A DNA stretch of 64,000 nt from Macrostomum lignano (GCA_002269645.1 NIVC01003343.1:39201-103200), one strand, 5' to 3'; positions 51,101-64,000 are shown, numbered from the stretch's first letter. A program made the numbers and translations. The notes: generated by a model from the sequence alone, not told the origin.

Positions 51101-53725
51101 TACTTCAGATACTTCAGATACTTCAGGCACTTCAGGCACTTCAGATACTTCAGGCACTTCAGACACTTCAGACACTTCAGACACTTCAGACACTTCAGAT
51201 ACTTCAGACACTTCAGACACTTCAGACACTTCAGATACTTAAGACACTTCAAATACTTCAGATACTTCAGACACTTCAGACACTTCAGATACTTCAGATA
51301 CTTCAGACATTTCAGATACTTCAGACACTTCAGATACTTCAGACACTTCAGACACTTCAGACACTTCAGACACTTCAGACACTTCAAACACTTCAAATAC
51401 TTCAGATACTTCAGACATTTCAGATACTTCAGATACTTCAGATAGTTCAGACACTTCAGATACTTCAGATAGTTCAGATACTTCAAACACTTCAGACACT
51501 TCAGACACTTCAGACATTTCAGATACTTCAGATACTTCAGATAGTTCAGACACTTCAGATAGTTCAGACACTTCAGACACTTCAGATACTTCAGATACTT
51601 CAGACATTTCAGATACTTCAGATACTTCAGATAGTTCAGACACTTCAGATACTTCAGATACTTCAAACACTTCAGACACTTCAGACACTTCAGACACTTC
51701 AGACATTTCAGATACTTCAGATACTTCAGACACTTCAGACATTTCAGTTACTCCAGATACTTCAAACACTTCAGACATTTCAGATACTTCAGATACTTCA
51801 GACACTTCAGATAGTTCAGACACTTCAGATAGTTCAGATACTTCAAACACTTCAGACACTTCAGACACTTCAGACACTTCAGACATTTCAGATACTTCAG
51901 ATACTTCAGACATTTCAGATACTTCAGATACTTCAGACACTTCAGATAGTTCAGACACTTCAGATACTTCAGACACTTTAGATACTTCAGACACTTCAGA
52001 CACTTCAGATACTTCAGACACTTCAGATACTTCAGACACTTCAGATACTTCAGATAGTTCAGACACTTCAGACACTTCAGATACTTCAGACACTTCAGAC
52101 ACTTCAGACATTTCAGATACTTCAGATACTTCAGATAGTTCAGACACTTCAGATAGTTCAGATACTTCAAACACTTCAGACACTTCAGACACTTCAGACA
52201 CTTCAGACATTTCAGATACTTCAGATACTTCAGACACTTCAGACATTTCAGATACTCCAGATACTTCAAACACTTCAGACATTTCAGATACTTCAGATAC
52301 TTCAGACACTTCAGACATTTCAGATACTCCAGATACTTCAAACACTTCAGACATTTCAGATACTTCAGATACTTCAGACACTTCAGATATTTCAGACACT
52401 TCAGATAGTTCAGATACTTCAAACACTTCAGACACTTCAGACACTTCAGACATTTCAGATACTTCAGATACTTCAGACATTTCAGATACTTCAGATACTT
52501 CAGACACTTCAGACACTTCAGATACTTCAGATACTTCAGACACTTCAGACACTTCAGATACTTCAGACACTTCAGATACTTCAGACACTTCAGATACTTC
52601 AGATAGTTCAGACACTTCAGCACTTCAGATACTTCAGACACTTCAGACACTTCAGACACTTCAGACACTTCAAACACTTCAGATACTTCAGATACTTCAG
52701 ATACTTCAGATAGTTCAGACACTTCAAATACTTCAGATACTTCAGACACTTCAGATACTTCAGATACTTCAGATACTTCAGATACTTCAGACACTTCAGA
52801 TACTTCAGATACTTCAGGCACTTCAAATACTTCAGATACTTCAGATACTTCAGACACTTCAGACACTTCAGACACTTCAGATACTTCAGACACTTCAGAC
52901 ACTTCAGATACTCCAGATACTTCAGATACTTCAGATAATTCAGATACTTCAGACACTTCAGATACTTCAGGCACTTCAGACACTTCAGAAACTTCAGACA
53001 CTTCAGACACTTCAGATACTTCAGATACTTCAGATACTTCAGATACTTCAGATACTTCAGATACTTCAGGCACTTCAGGCACTTCAGATACTTCAGATAC
53101 TTCAGATACTTCAGGCACTTCAGATACTTCAGATACTTCAGACACTTCAGATACTTCAGGCACTTCAGGCACTTCAGACACTTCAGATACTCCAGATACT
53201 TCAGATACTTCAGATAATTCAGATACTTCAGACACTTCAGATACTTCAGGCACTTCAGACACTTCAGAAACTTCAGACACTTCAGATACTTCAGATACTT
53301 CAGATACTTCAGATACTTCAGGCACTTCAGATACTTCAGATACTTCAGATACTTCAGATACTTCAGATACTTCAGATACTTCAGGCACTTCAGGCACTTC
53401 AGATACTTCAGATACTTCAGATACTTCAGGCACTTCAGATACTTCAGATACTTCAGACACTTCAGATACTTCAGATACTTCAGATACTTCAGATACTTCA
53501 GATACTTCAGGCACTTCAGGCACTTCAGATACTTCAGATACTTCAGGCACTTCAGATACTTCAGATACTTCAGACACTTCAGATACTTCAGGCACTTCAG
53601 ACACTTCAGATACTTCAGATACTTCAGATACTTCAGATACTTCAGGCACTTCAGGCACTTCAGATACTTCAGGCACTTCAGACACTTCAGACACTTCAGA
53701 TACTTCAGACACTTCAGACACTGAC
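48150..53725. repeat. 9-bp array (ACTTCAGAY)n, about 620 copies
   Basis: Directly visible. The marker gatacttaagacacttcaaatac recurs 2574 bp apart (about 48660 and about 51234). One 8-bp unit at about 52620. Confidence 0.97.
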
Positions 53726-53968
53726 ACTTCGGACAGACAGTGACATTACGAGACAGACCTTGAGATATGTTGAATCACACTGAGACAATTAGGACAGACA
53801 ACAAGACACTCAACACAGGCAATTATGGCATTCAATCGAGACACCTAATTCAGACACTAGGACACTTCAGACAGACACTTCAACAAAGAAAGGATGCTTT
53901 TCAGATTATACATGAAATTCTTGATTACTAAGCATTTATTTCAATATTTTACTAATATCTTTACACAG

Positions 53969-54049
53969 GAAGACACAGCTAGCATCGTCTCAAATGAGGC
54001 AGATTCAGCATCTGAAGCTGAAATGCTAACGGACAAAGACAGTGTTTAA
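53969..54049 (+). CDS. CLSTN: Candidate alternative calsyntenin exon (EDTASIVSNEADSASEAEMLTDKDSV*)
   Basis: Preceded by actaatatctttacacAG. Phase 0 and open for 26 acidic codons, in otherwise AT-rich sequence. Confidence 0.4.
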   Translation, partial: EDTASIVSNEADSASEAEMLTDKDSV

Positions 54050-54267
54050 AAATCAATTGAAAAAATTTACTATAAAGCTCGATTTTTCGTCTAACAAACT
54101 CACCAATAATACTTGTAACTGTAATAATGACAAAGAACTTAAATTGCTTATAACAAAAAAATTAGTTCACAAAAAATTTCGTGTGAATTAGTCGATTGTT
54201 CATTTAAATTAACAGATATTATAATCAGAATTAGCTCTTATTAAAATTCTTTAACACTGTTTGCAAC

Positions 54268-55206
54268 CAGGCACCGCGGAACAGGGAGGGGTGTCGCAGA
54301 GGGGGCAGCCGCTCACGAATTTTAAGGTCACTGCTTGACATTCCGTATGGCGCCAAGACCTTCCATATCGATATGACGCCAAGACCTCCCCTCCCCTATG
54401 GCGCCAAGACCTCCCCTCCCCTATGGCGCCAAGACCTCCCCTCCCCTATGGCGCCAAGACCTCCCCTCCCCTATGGCGCCAAGACCTCCCCTCCCCTATG
54501 GCGCCAAGACCTCCCCTCCCTATGGCGCCAAGACCTCCCCTCCCTATGGCGCCAAGACCTTCCCTCCCTATGGCGCCAAGACCTCCCCTCCCCTATGGCG
54601 CCAAGACCTCCCCTCCCCTATGGCGCCAAGACCTCCCCTCCCCTATGGCGCCAAGACCTCCCCTCCCTATGGCGCCAAGACCTCCCCTCCCCTATGGCGC
54701 CAAGACCTCCCCTCCCCTATGGCGCCAAGACCTCCCCTCCCCTATGGCGCCAAGACCTCCCCTCCCTATGGCGCCAAGACCTCCCCTCCCTATGGCGCCA
54801 AGACCTCCCCTCCCCTATGGCGCCAAGACCTCCCCTCCCTATGGCGCCAAGACCTCCCTATGGCGCCAAGACCTCCCCTCCACTATGGCGCCAAGGCCTC
54901 CATTATGGCGCCAAGACCTCCCCTCCCTATGGCGCCAAGACCTCCCCTCCCTATGGCGCCAAGACCTCCCCTCCACTACCGCGCCAAGACTTGCCCTCCC
55001 CTATGGCGCCAAGACCTCCCCTCCCTATGGCGCCAAGACCTCCCTATGGCGCCAAGACCTCCCCTCCACTATGGCGCCAAGGCCTCCATTATGGCGCCAA
55101 GACCTCTGTTGTGTCGCTACTGAATCTTCCTTGTGGCGCGAACTATGTATTCTTGTGGCGCTAAAATCTCCCCTGTGGTGCTAAAAAAACATTCCGCGCT
55201 GGCCTG
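54268..55206. mobile_element. MITE-like element with an internal 24/25-bp array (tatggcgccaagacctcccctccc)n
   Basis: Imperfect TIRs CAGGCACCGCGGAA / TTCCGCGCTGGCCTG. Array at about 54345-55105. No clean TSD. Confidence 0.6.
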
Positions 55207-55262
55207 ACAATAACCGACCATATGTATTCTCTAATCAATTAACCAATAACCGGCACAATCAG

Positions 55263-55607
55263 GAGAACATGTCAGACTCTGGCAGCGAAGACAATCAAGA
55301 AGATGATTACGTTGAAGACGAACTGAATTTGGACAATGGCTCCAGCTGCTCGGACGAGATGGAAGACGATATTGACGGGATGACCGCTTCGGGCTTGCTA
55401 ATGCAGCGCTCGGCTCAGATTGCCAGCTCTGAGGATGAGCTGGACGATGAGTCTGTGGTGGTTCAGATGGTCACCGGAGCCGAGGCGGTGCGCTATGGTC
55501 AGCAGCAGGTGCAGCAGCCGGTTGTGCTGAAGCCGCAGCTGGAGTGGGACGATTCGAGCCTGCCGGATATCAAACCCATGATTCGATCTACGGCTGGCAC
55601 TATTTGA
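55263..55607 (+). CDS. CLSTN: Calsyntenin last coding exon (acidic tail and second W-acidic motif)
   Basis: Acceptor aatcAG, phase 0. D/E-rich tract and QLEWDDSSL. The nine exons join in frame to about 1160 aa. Confidence 0.93.
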   Translation, partial: ENMSDSGSEDNQEDDYVEDELNLDNGSSCSDEMEDDIDGMTASGLLMQRSAQIASSEDELDDESVVVQMVTGAEAVRYGQQQVQQPVVLKPQLEWDDSSLPDIKPMIRSTAGTI

Positions 55608-57723
55608 GCTGGGAAATCAAAGATCAAGGGCACAATGATGAGCAGTGATTGTGCGGCACAAATATGCAAAATTTAAAGTGCAACAATTGTTTAATTAAAC
55701 TAATGAGGAAACTACAATTTTATTTGTTTTCATCACAATAAATAATATTGATATATAAGCTTCAATACGAGTGTGATAAACTATAATCTCTTTAATTGTT
55801 TTCACTGCAATTTTTTTTGATTATACAAAACCAACGCTTGTTATTAAATTAATTTTTGTTTCAATCAGCTTTACAATTTTTAATGAGAAACAATACCATC
55901 GACATTTAATACTTGTTTTTGTTTATTCGAAATCACCTAATGCTTTACGTTACACTTTGCATGCAGGCTTGTCTTCACTTGTAATCATGTGGTATATAAA
56001 TTGAATTTTTGACATATATTTATGATAATTTATGACAAATTTGCAACATTAGCCGCATACAACAAAGCAACAAATGTGATTTTTTTTAAATTACTGTTTT
56101 TGTATGTAGAAAAAAGTTGTATTAAAGCAGCTAGATATTCATTTGTGCATCTGGTAGTTCGGAAAACATCAGACAGCTTTGTTTTATTTTTTAGTTTTTT
56201 TTCACCGTAGTGTTTGTTGCAAAGACTTAGTTAAATATTTTATGGTAAACCTTTTCATATGCTTTTTCCTGAACGTTATTCTCTTCTGGCAATATTTAAG
56301 CACTGCATAATCATTTGCTTTGAATTGGTAAAGTTTTGTATATTCTTTTTGCACTTTTTTTACTACGGCATACGAATATAGTATATCACATATATATGCG
56401 TTTATTGTTAACTATCTTACAACCAAATCGCTTTAACTATATGAAAATAAAAATATATTAAACAGCTGACTCAGCTTATCAAAAGTTTTTTGACAGCGTT
56501 ATCCTTGTTTTGTTATAATTGTATTATTTGTTTAATGATACAGTGCTCGAATCTCTAATATTTTTAGTTTTATAGATATTTATTAATATTAGATGTCAAT
56601 TTAATAATCAAACATTAAATAGTCGATTCGGGTGCAGTATCTAAAACAAATTACAATTACAAGCTTGCTTTATTTTTGTTAATATTTATATATTTATTTG
56701 TTTTTTTTCCTGAATCACTTTTGATCGTAACAACAGCGTCACAAACATTAAATAAAATTCCACAATATTTTTTATCTGTTTTCTCTTTTCCTCATTTGTG
56801 TTATCCTTTATATTCATTTTCATTTTCATTGTGTATCAGTTTTTGAGCAGCTTTTCTCTAGATGGCTATTGATCCTTACGCAAGTCGCCATTGACGTAAA
56901 ATAATATTTCTGCAATTTTTAGGCTTCTACATATTTAATTGTGTCTAACAACGAACAACAGCTTCATTCTACTGGTAATATTTACTGTTTTTTTTTTATA
57001 ATTACGTAATCCACTACATTTAATGCTTTTATTGTTGTACATTTTTTCGTATATTTAAATTATCAAAAATATGTATGTATTTCATGCATCTTAGTAGTAT
57101 ATTAGTATAGTTTACAGTGCTTTTGGTGTCACACGTTACAGCATAACCAAAGCTTAGGCTCGTATCATTATGTCGTGTCTCGCTTCTGCAGCCCGAAAAA
57201 AACAACAAAATCTTTATAAGATTTTTTCCAGTTAACAATTTGGGAAAAGTTCATGTGTGAAAAAAGTTCGAAAATGTGAAGTTTTTTCTCTCGTTTTTTT
57301 GGTTCCTTTTCTACTATTCGCTTAGCCTAGTAGTGCATCTGTCGCCCAAGTATATTTGGCTAAGTTTATTTAACCAGCCGAATGTAGCATTCAACATTGG
57401 CTTGAATGTTTCGTTGACGGTCTGTGATCATTGGAAGCAGAAACTATAATAAACGTGTCTGCTCGTTCGTTGCTTGGGTGTTTTTTCATCAACAAAATTT
57501 GATTGTTCGGCTTGTTTATTTGTCTAATTTTTAGATTGTTTTTAGGCTTAGCGTAGTATTTAGATACTAAATTTAGTTTGTTTTGACAATTCTAAGGTAA
57601 TTTAACAAATTTTATAGCGTTGTCTGTAGATTATAGTGCGTCGCTCATTGTTATGACTGCTGTCTGTTCATATCAACTGTCAATTGCCCAGCAAGTACTT
57701 CGCTGAGGTACAAACAAGTTGCT

Positions 57724-58027
57724 GGGGTTGTGCAGCCTAATTGGTCAGAGCGTCGGACTCACGACTTGAAGGTCGGAGGTTCGATTCCCGATCCCAGTCG
57801 CAACAATTTGTGTTTTTGAGCAAGACACTTAACTCTCTGCATTGATTCAGTTCACCCAGCTGTAAAAATGGGTGCCAGCATTAGCTGGGGTAATTGAGGG
57901 TGTGTGTGTGCATTGCGACCCCGCAGTCCTTGGACTGAACAGCCGTACGCAATAGCTGCGGCTGAGCTGTCGGTTGCACATTTGGCCTAATTGGGCAGGT
58001 GTAATCAATTATTATAATTATTATTAT
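57724..58027 (+). mobile_element. CORE-type SINE, copy 4 (full length)
   Basis: A box CAGCCTAATTGG, B box GGTTCGATTCC, CORE-like body and (ATT)n tail. Confidence 0.9.
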
Positions 58028-58225
58028 CTGAGGTGCAAAAATGATGGTAGGACAGGGCATCTCACCGGCCAATGTGTTGTGACTACTTTCACCAAAGTGC
58101 CCAAGGACCAGCTTTAAATCTGTCTATCGGTAACAGTAGGATAATGTTTAGTACCCATTTTATACTGGCAGATCCTATTTGATTCTCTTCATAACTCTCA
58201 TTTTTGTCTTTTTTGTATCGTTTGC

Positions 58226-58648
58226 ATGTCGTCCGAGCAGGAAGACTCTGCGGAATCTGAGCCGCAGTCGCAGGCGGCTGAGCAGCAGACTCAACAGCAG
58301 GATGAAGCCTCTAGCAAAGACTCTGCAGTTGAGTCTAAATCCGATGAAGGCTCGGCAACTCCAGCTGCCAAAGCTTCAACAGACAAAATCGTGATTTTAC
58401 TTCGACCAACTGGTAATGCGCCGATTCTAACCAAAAAAAAATGGGTCGTCGGCCGTTCCCAACGAGTCGGCTGGGTCAGCGAATTCGTCAAGAAGGCGCT
58501 GAAATGCCAGCCGGACGAGTCGCTGTTTCTCTACGTCAATCAGGCATTCTTGCCGGCGCCTGATCGCGATTTTGGCGGCCTCTACGACTGTTTTGGCGCC
58601 GATGGGAAACTCACTCTGCACTATTGCAAGACGCAGGCCTGGGGCTGA
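58226..58648 (+). CDS. ATG12: Ubiquitin-like protein ATG12 (intronless)
   Basis: Encodes KIVILLRPTGNAPIL.KKKW.V, LFLYVNQAF.P.PD, LYDCFG.DGKL.LHYCKTQAWG with the terminal Gly. Confidence 0.97.
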   Translation: MSSEQEDSAESEPQSQAAEQQTQQQDEASSKDSAVESKSDEGSATPAAKASTDKIVILLRPTGNAPILTKKKWVVGRSQRVGWVSEFVKKALKCQPDESLFLYVNQAFLPAPDRDFGGLYDCFGADGKLTLHYCKTQAWG

Positions 58649-59228
58649 CAGCCGATATGTGCCAATAAATTGACGCCTAAATTATTCAAGAGCTATTATT
58701 GAAAATCTGTTTAAATAGCTACGCTAAAATTTAAATTAGTTATCATGATTTTATTTTAATCGACAATAAAAACACTATTGATAAATTTGTTATTACTCTT
58801 AGTTAGTATCTGTTTTATCTTCCCAATCAAGTCGAAGTGTGTTAATATGACTAGTAATAATTATTATTAACGTATCTGCAACCGCAAATGTAATGTTTTG
58901 TTTCAAAATAATATATATAACAATGATTTCAATGAAATGCATTTATGTGCACTGCTAAGATTGACTGTTTCATACAATCGTTGTTTTATGTTGTTTACTA
59001 AATACTTAATAGTGGAATTTATATTACTTAAAATGATACTGTAGATAGCTTTGTGTGTGGAATTAATAGTATTATAATTCTCCTAAACGCTACATTTTGA
59101 TGATTACTTAAGTATAGATCTGTATCTTTGTTTTAGCCTAAACTTGAAGCATGTATGCTAAAATATAAGTTATTAACGCTTCATATATTTTTCATGTAAT
59201 CCTGCCGAGTTGCTATTTTCGAAGAGCG

Positions 59229-59869
59229 ATGAAGTTCAAAATTTTCGGCGACCTCGACTGTCCGGACTGGCTGCTAGCTGAAGTGTTTGCCATGTCAAAA
59301 TTGTCAGTTGTCAAGTTGCGTCTGGTCTGCTCAGCTTTGGTAAAGTCTTTAGCCGCTTCTGCCGCTAGCAACGATAGTAGTAGCCTTGACAACAACGCCG
59401 TCCTCCTAGCAACGGTTGCTAAGCACACGTCGGACGCGAAATTTAACGAACGCGACAATCAGGCATTGATCTCGGCGTTGACTCAGCTGTTTACTTCGGC
59501 TAATAAGTACTCAGCGAGTCCAGAGACTCTGGAGAGGAGCTGCAACAGCTGGGCTTGCCGAAGGAGCATGCGGGACAGATTGTTAGAGTGTACTCAGACT
59601 CCGGTGCTGCTCTGACTGAGTACGCCAATGCTAGAGAGCTCAGACTGTCTCGTTTGGCCTCGTGCTCCTGGAGCTTGCGTTTAATGATGCCGCCAAAGTC
59701 TGGGCAGAAAACCGCTGCTCAAGTTCGATTTAAGCTCGGTGTTGAAGGTGACGGCACAGAGCAGACTAAAGAGATTGAGTTTGAAGCTAGCGAGCAGAGA
59801 TTGCGATTATTGAAACACGAAATTGGACGATTGCTAGCTATGATGGAGCAGACTATGAGAACTGGATGA
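59229..59869 (+). CDS. COMMD4: COMM domain-containing protein 4, with a -1 frameshift at about 59537
   Basis: MKFKIFGDLDCPDWLLAE in one frame, and ELQQLGLPKEHA plus the COMM domain in another. Adding one G in GAGAGG|AG restores a single ORF of about 213 aa. Confidence 0.92.
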
Positions 59870-60404
59870 TGCTGGGAAAGGTGTTTGTTGTTCTTGTTGA
59901 GAGAAGGTGCTTCAATGGTTGTCTTGTATATATGATACCAATATGTTTGCAATCTTACTTGACTAAATATTCCCAATTTGATAGTTATTTTATCATTTAT
60001 GTTCCAACCTTAAACAGAATTGTTAGTTATAGAATTTGTCTTTCCAATACAAATTAGCATTATCTAAATTGTACTCCAATGTGTGTAGTGTGTACGGTTT
60101 GTTATTGACAAACAATTACTATAATGTTATTCTTGCTCAATGAGTAATTAATTCACTCATTGATTGATTTATGCAATTCTATTATAATATTTGCGTAATA
60201 AAATAAATTTATTGATTCTTCTACTAATATATACCAAGATATTTTTATGCTTACTATTGTAAAGCATGGGTTACCGTTTTAGAAGTAGCATAGATAATGG
60301 GGCAAAGCAACGTCGTGACTCTCGCATCTCAACCCTTTGTTCGATCCATGCATCCGTCACACTCATTTAAGTCTTGTGGCGCACGGAAATTGTCCATTGG
60401 GGGT

Positions 60405-60680
60405 TTTTATCTGCAATTCACACCCATGAGGGCCAACTCTCCCCCCCCCCCCGAAGACAGAGTGTGCATGCCCTGTTATCTGCAATTCACACCCATAAGG
60501 GCCAACCCCCCCAAGACAGAGAGTGTACATGCCCTGTTATCTGCAATTCACACCCATAAGGGCCAACCCCCCCCCCCAAGACAGAGAGTGTACATGCCCT
60601 GTTATCTCCAATTCACACCCATAAGGGCCAACCCCCCCCCAAGACAGAGAGTGTACATGCCCTCGTAACATGCCTAACGA
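60405..60680 (+). repeat. 61-69-bp tandem repeat (about 4 copies) derived from SINE family 2
   Basis: The unit tgcaatt...gggccaacccccc aag...gtgtacatgcc matches the 30830-30880 region, and the last copy runs into catgcctaacgat as in the SINE. Confidence 0.7.
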
Positions 60681-60701
60681 TTAGAAAGGCAGGTTCGCTG
60701 A

Positions 60702-61019
60702 CAGGGGCGCCGCTATGGATTTTATAGTGGGGGGGGGGGGACAAAGCCAAGAGTTCTGCATGTACATGACTAAATTCCTACATGTACATTATTGTGAGAA
60801 TCGGTGTTGTCAGCGCTCATTTTGGCGCCACAGGCACTCATTTTAGCGCCGCAGGCACTCATTTTAGCGCCGCAGGCACTCTGTTTTATCGCCCTGACGC
60901 AAAATTATTGATTTCCATAACAGGTCAACAAAGGAACAAAGGTAGGGTAGGACAAATAACTAGCATGTCCCCCCATAAATTTTACTGGGGGGACATGCCC
61001 CCCCCCCGGTGGCACCCTG
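60702..61019. mobile_element. MITE-like element (CAGGG...CCCTG)
   Basis: Imperfect TIRs, a 12-bp subterminal stem CATGTCCCCCCA/TGGGGGGACATG and internal attttagcgccgcagg repeats. No TSD. Confidence 0.55.
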
Positions 61020-61192
61020 TGTGAGCGGTGCATGAGTGTGTGCCTGCGTACAGTATTGGCTCGTTTGTATGTGCTATAAAATGCATTACTGAAACTTTAT
61101 CATACTTTATAAAATTCCAGTCATTGTTTGCCATCGGTAAACAGTCAACAAAGTCAGCAGTCAAATAAATCAACAGAGCCGATACTGCAATT

Positions 61193-61982
61193 ATGAAAGC
61201 TTCTCCTGGAACCCACGACTCAGCCGTCATAGATATGGACGATGTTGAGATGACAGTTGAGTCAGACAATGCTCCTAGAGGTCAGCAGCAGCAGCAGCAA
61301 CAGCAACAAGGCGGACCAGATCTTTACAAGGCCATCCGCGATAACATGTCTTCAATTGTGTGGCAGGAAGGCACCAAGAAAGCTAAGACGGCAATTTCAT
61401 CTTACGCCAATGTTGACCTACTGCGACCCTACTTTGATGTCCAACCAATGGAAGTGGCCAACCGTCTGTTATTCTCTTTTGTCCCGGCTCGAGTGTCCAA
61501 TGATGCCAATAAAATTCATTCGGAACTGTACGGCCCGGTGATGACTTGTTTCACCCTGGTTGCCGTGCTGTTGTACGAGATGAAGTCATCGGACCATCGG
61601 GTTCAAGAGGGTACCCTGATGGGCTCAGCCATGATCACCGTGTTTGGCTATTGGCTTGGCGTGTCAGCTCTAGTGTGGCTAGTGGCTTACATTTGCAACG
61701 CCCAGGTGAAACCAATTCAGGTTGCAACTCTGATTGGCTACGCGTTAACCAGTCACGTTGCTGTTGTACTGCTGACAACATTTTTCCATTCTACTCAGTC
61801 TCACAAGCTCTTCTACCTGCTCTGGGCTGTGCTAGGCGGACTGACCACTTTGAAATTGGTCAGCACCTTTGTTGTTAGGACGCCCGGTCACACGGAACGG
61901 ATTGTCCTGTGCGCTCTGGTTGCCATCCTGCACATGCTGTTCCTGCTGTATCTGCACTTCGCTTATCACAAGATTGTGTCCG
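61193..61982 (+). CDS. YIPF3: YIPF3 (Yip1 domain family member 3), exon 1
   Basis: Encodes SAVIDM, YANVDLLRPYFDV.P, ELYGP, EGTLMGSA and LHMLFLLYLHFAYHKIV. Donor GTGAGC at 61983. Confidence 0.95.
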
Positions 61983-62007
61983 GTGAGCTGCGAGTTGGTG
62001 GGGTGTA

Positions 62008-62730
<723 letters not shown>

Positions 62731-62898
62731 TAACTTTCTATCTACGTATCCTTGTTGTCACTGCTCAAAATGTCTGCATGTGATTGGTTTTGTTTTTTAG
62801 GCCTGCAACAAAAAATTTAAAATTATGCACTCCTTCCAATATGTAAAACATTTAATTGTATTTAAACAATAGCCAACAATAAACTGCCCTTCACGCAG

Positions 62899-63044
62899 AC
62901 CTGAGCGAAGTCCTGGAGCAGAAGATAGGCATGCACCACCCTGTGGCTCAGGTCGGTGCCAACAAGCCGCCAGCAGCCGCCGGTTCTGGCAAAGCCGCCG
63001 CCTCCGCCATCGGAGCGGCTCCACTGATGCCGAAGGCTTCTTAA
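62899..63044 (+). CDS. YIPF3: YIPF3 probable last exon (DLSEVLEQK...PKAS*)
   Basis: Acceptor cttcacgcAG, phase 1, GC-rich open frame; gives a total of 311 aa. Confidence 0.7.
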
Positions 63045-64000
63045 ACGAATTTACAGAAAAATTGATAAATTCACAAAGAACAAGGCTCGAAAAGTGGTGA
63101 CTATTTAAGTCAATCGAGTTTTTTTACTTTATTTATCTCTCGATCTGTTCCGTTTTCAGTTGCTAAAAACCTTTTGCCTTCTATTTGTTAATTGTGTTTT
63201 AAGAGCATCAACTATTGATGCAAAGTAGAGACTACTACATATATGTGCGTACGAGTAGTATACAATGTGACTGTACAGATGAACTACTGGGTATACGTAT
63301 GCCCTACTCTATTCGTTTTCATATTTGGTGATAGCTTTGAACCAACTCATTTCTACGTGGGGTCTATAAGGTATTCCCGCGTCAGATATAAAAGGTCTTT
63401 GGTTGCATTCTAAGTTTAATCTACTACTGAATCTTACGTATTCTTACATTTAGCATATGAATTTAAACAGATTATTTCGAGAACCCATTTGTTTTAGTTC
63501 GTATATTTATCATATCTATTTAATACTGTTTAATCTTTTAAAAGCCACAGTCTAAATTAAATTATAATGATTGATACAACCATCGCATTGGTACCGCAAT
63601 GCGTTTGACACTTTTTAATGGTGTAACTTTGACCAGTAAATTAACACCTGTACTGTATAACTTAACTGATTTTGTCTATTTAAAAGTATTTCTACTTTCC
63701 ATTGTATACCACACCCGACAGTATCTGAATCTCGCTCTAGCTCTGCCAGTCTACGCTACTACATTTAATGTGAGTATAGTACATTTTATGTAAAAGATAC
63801 ACTGCTCAAAAAAGCGCCACCGAAATTGTATCATCATTCAGCGATAGTGCGTAAAAACGCGCGGTGGTATGAACTGGGTTTCATAAGCTAATGCATGGAT
63901 ATTAAATTCAATTGTAAAATAATCATGCGGAAATATTTAGGAAACTACAAATCAAATACCGGTATTACAGTATGTCTAGCAGTGCGATGCAGAGTGAAAA

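Noticed and set aside
48017-53727. Very long ORFs (1278, 1181 and 854 aa) in the 9-bp array as independent genes
   Set aside because: They are open only because the unit lacks stops in several frames on both strands, and they lie inside a calsyntenin intron with matched phases on both sides.
57724-57800. tRNA gene
   Set aside because: The A and B boxes continue into a shared SINE body present four times, and no complete acceptor stem is apparent.

Overview
Eukaryotic (invertebrate animal) genomic DNA with GT-AG introns; no prokaryotic features and no CRISPR array. Five protein-coding genes are recognisable: an LBR/delta14-sterol-reductase-like gene (- strand, 3 coding exons, 9564-6946); a calsyntenin spread over about 36 kb (+, at least 9 coding exons, 19874-55607, start codon not located); and a compact same-strand trio ATG12 (58226-58648), COMMD4 (59229-59869, one -1 frameshift) and YIPF3 (61193-63044). 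There is also a coding-like but disrupted unknown gene at about 3850-4870. Mobile DNA comprises two LTR families (two solo LTRs with 4-bp TSDs plus one copy cut by the window edge, forming an inverted pair with one of them), a tRNA-derived CORE-type SINE (4 copies), a second SINE-like family and several MITEs. All 11 introns inferred between coding exons contain a SINE or tandem array, some arrays with higher-order structure. The most testable leads are a candidate alternative calsyntenin tail exon, a 5.6-kb intronic array whose unit matches a functional splice acceptor, an LTR with repeated MEF2/CRE/AP-1 sites just upstream of calsyntenin, inverted SINEs positioned for back-splicing, and a possible trans-spliced ATG12-COMMD4-YIPF3 operon. 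The repeat load and compact genes resemble free-living flatworms such as Macrostomum, but that assignment is an unverified inference. All gene names come from remembered protein motifs, not from a database search.
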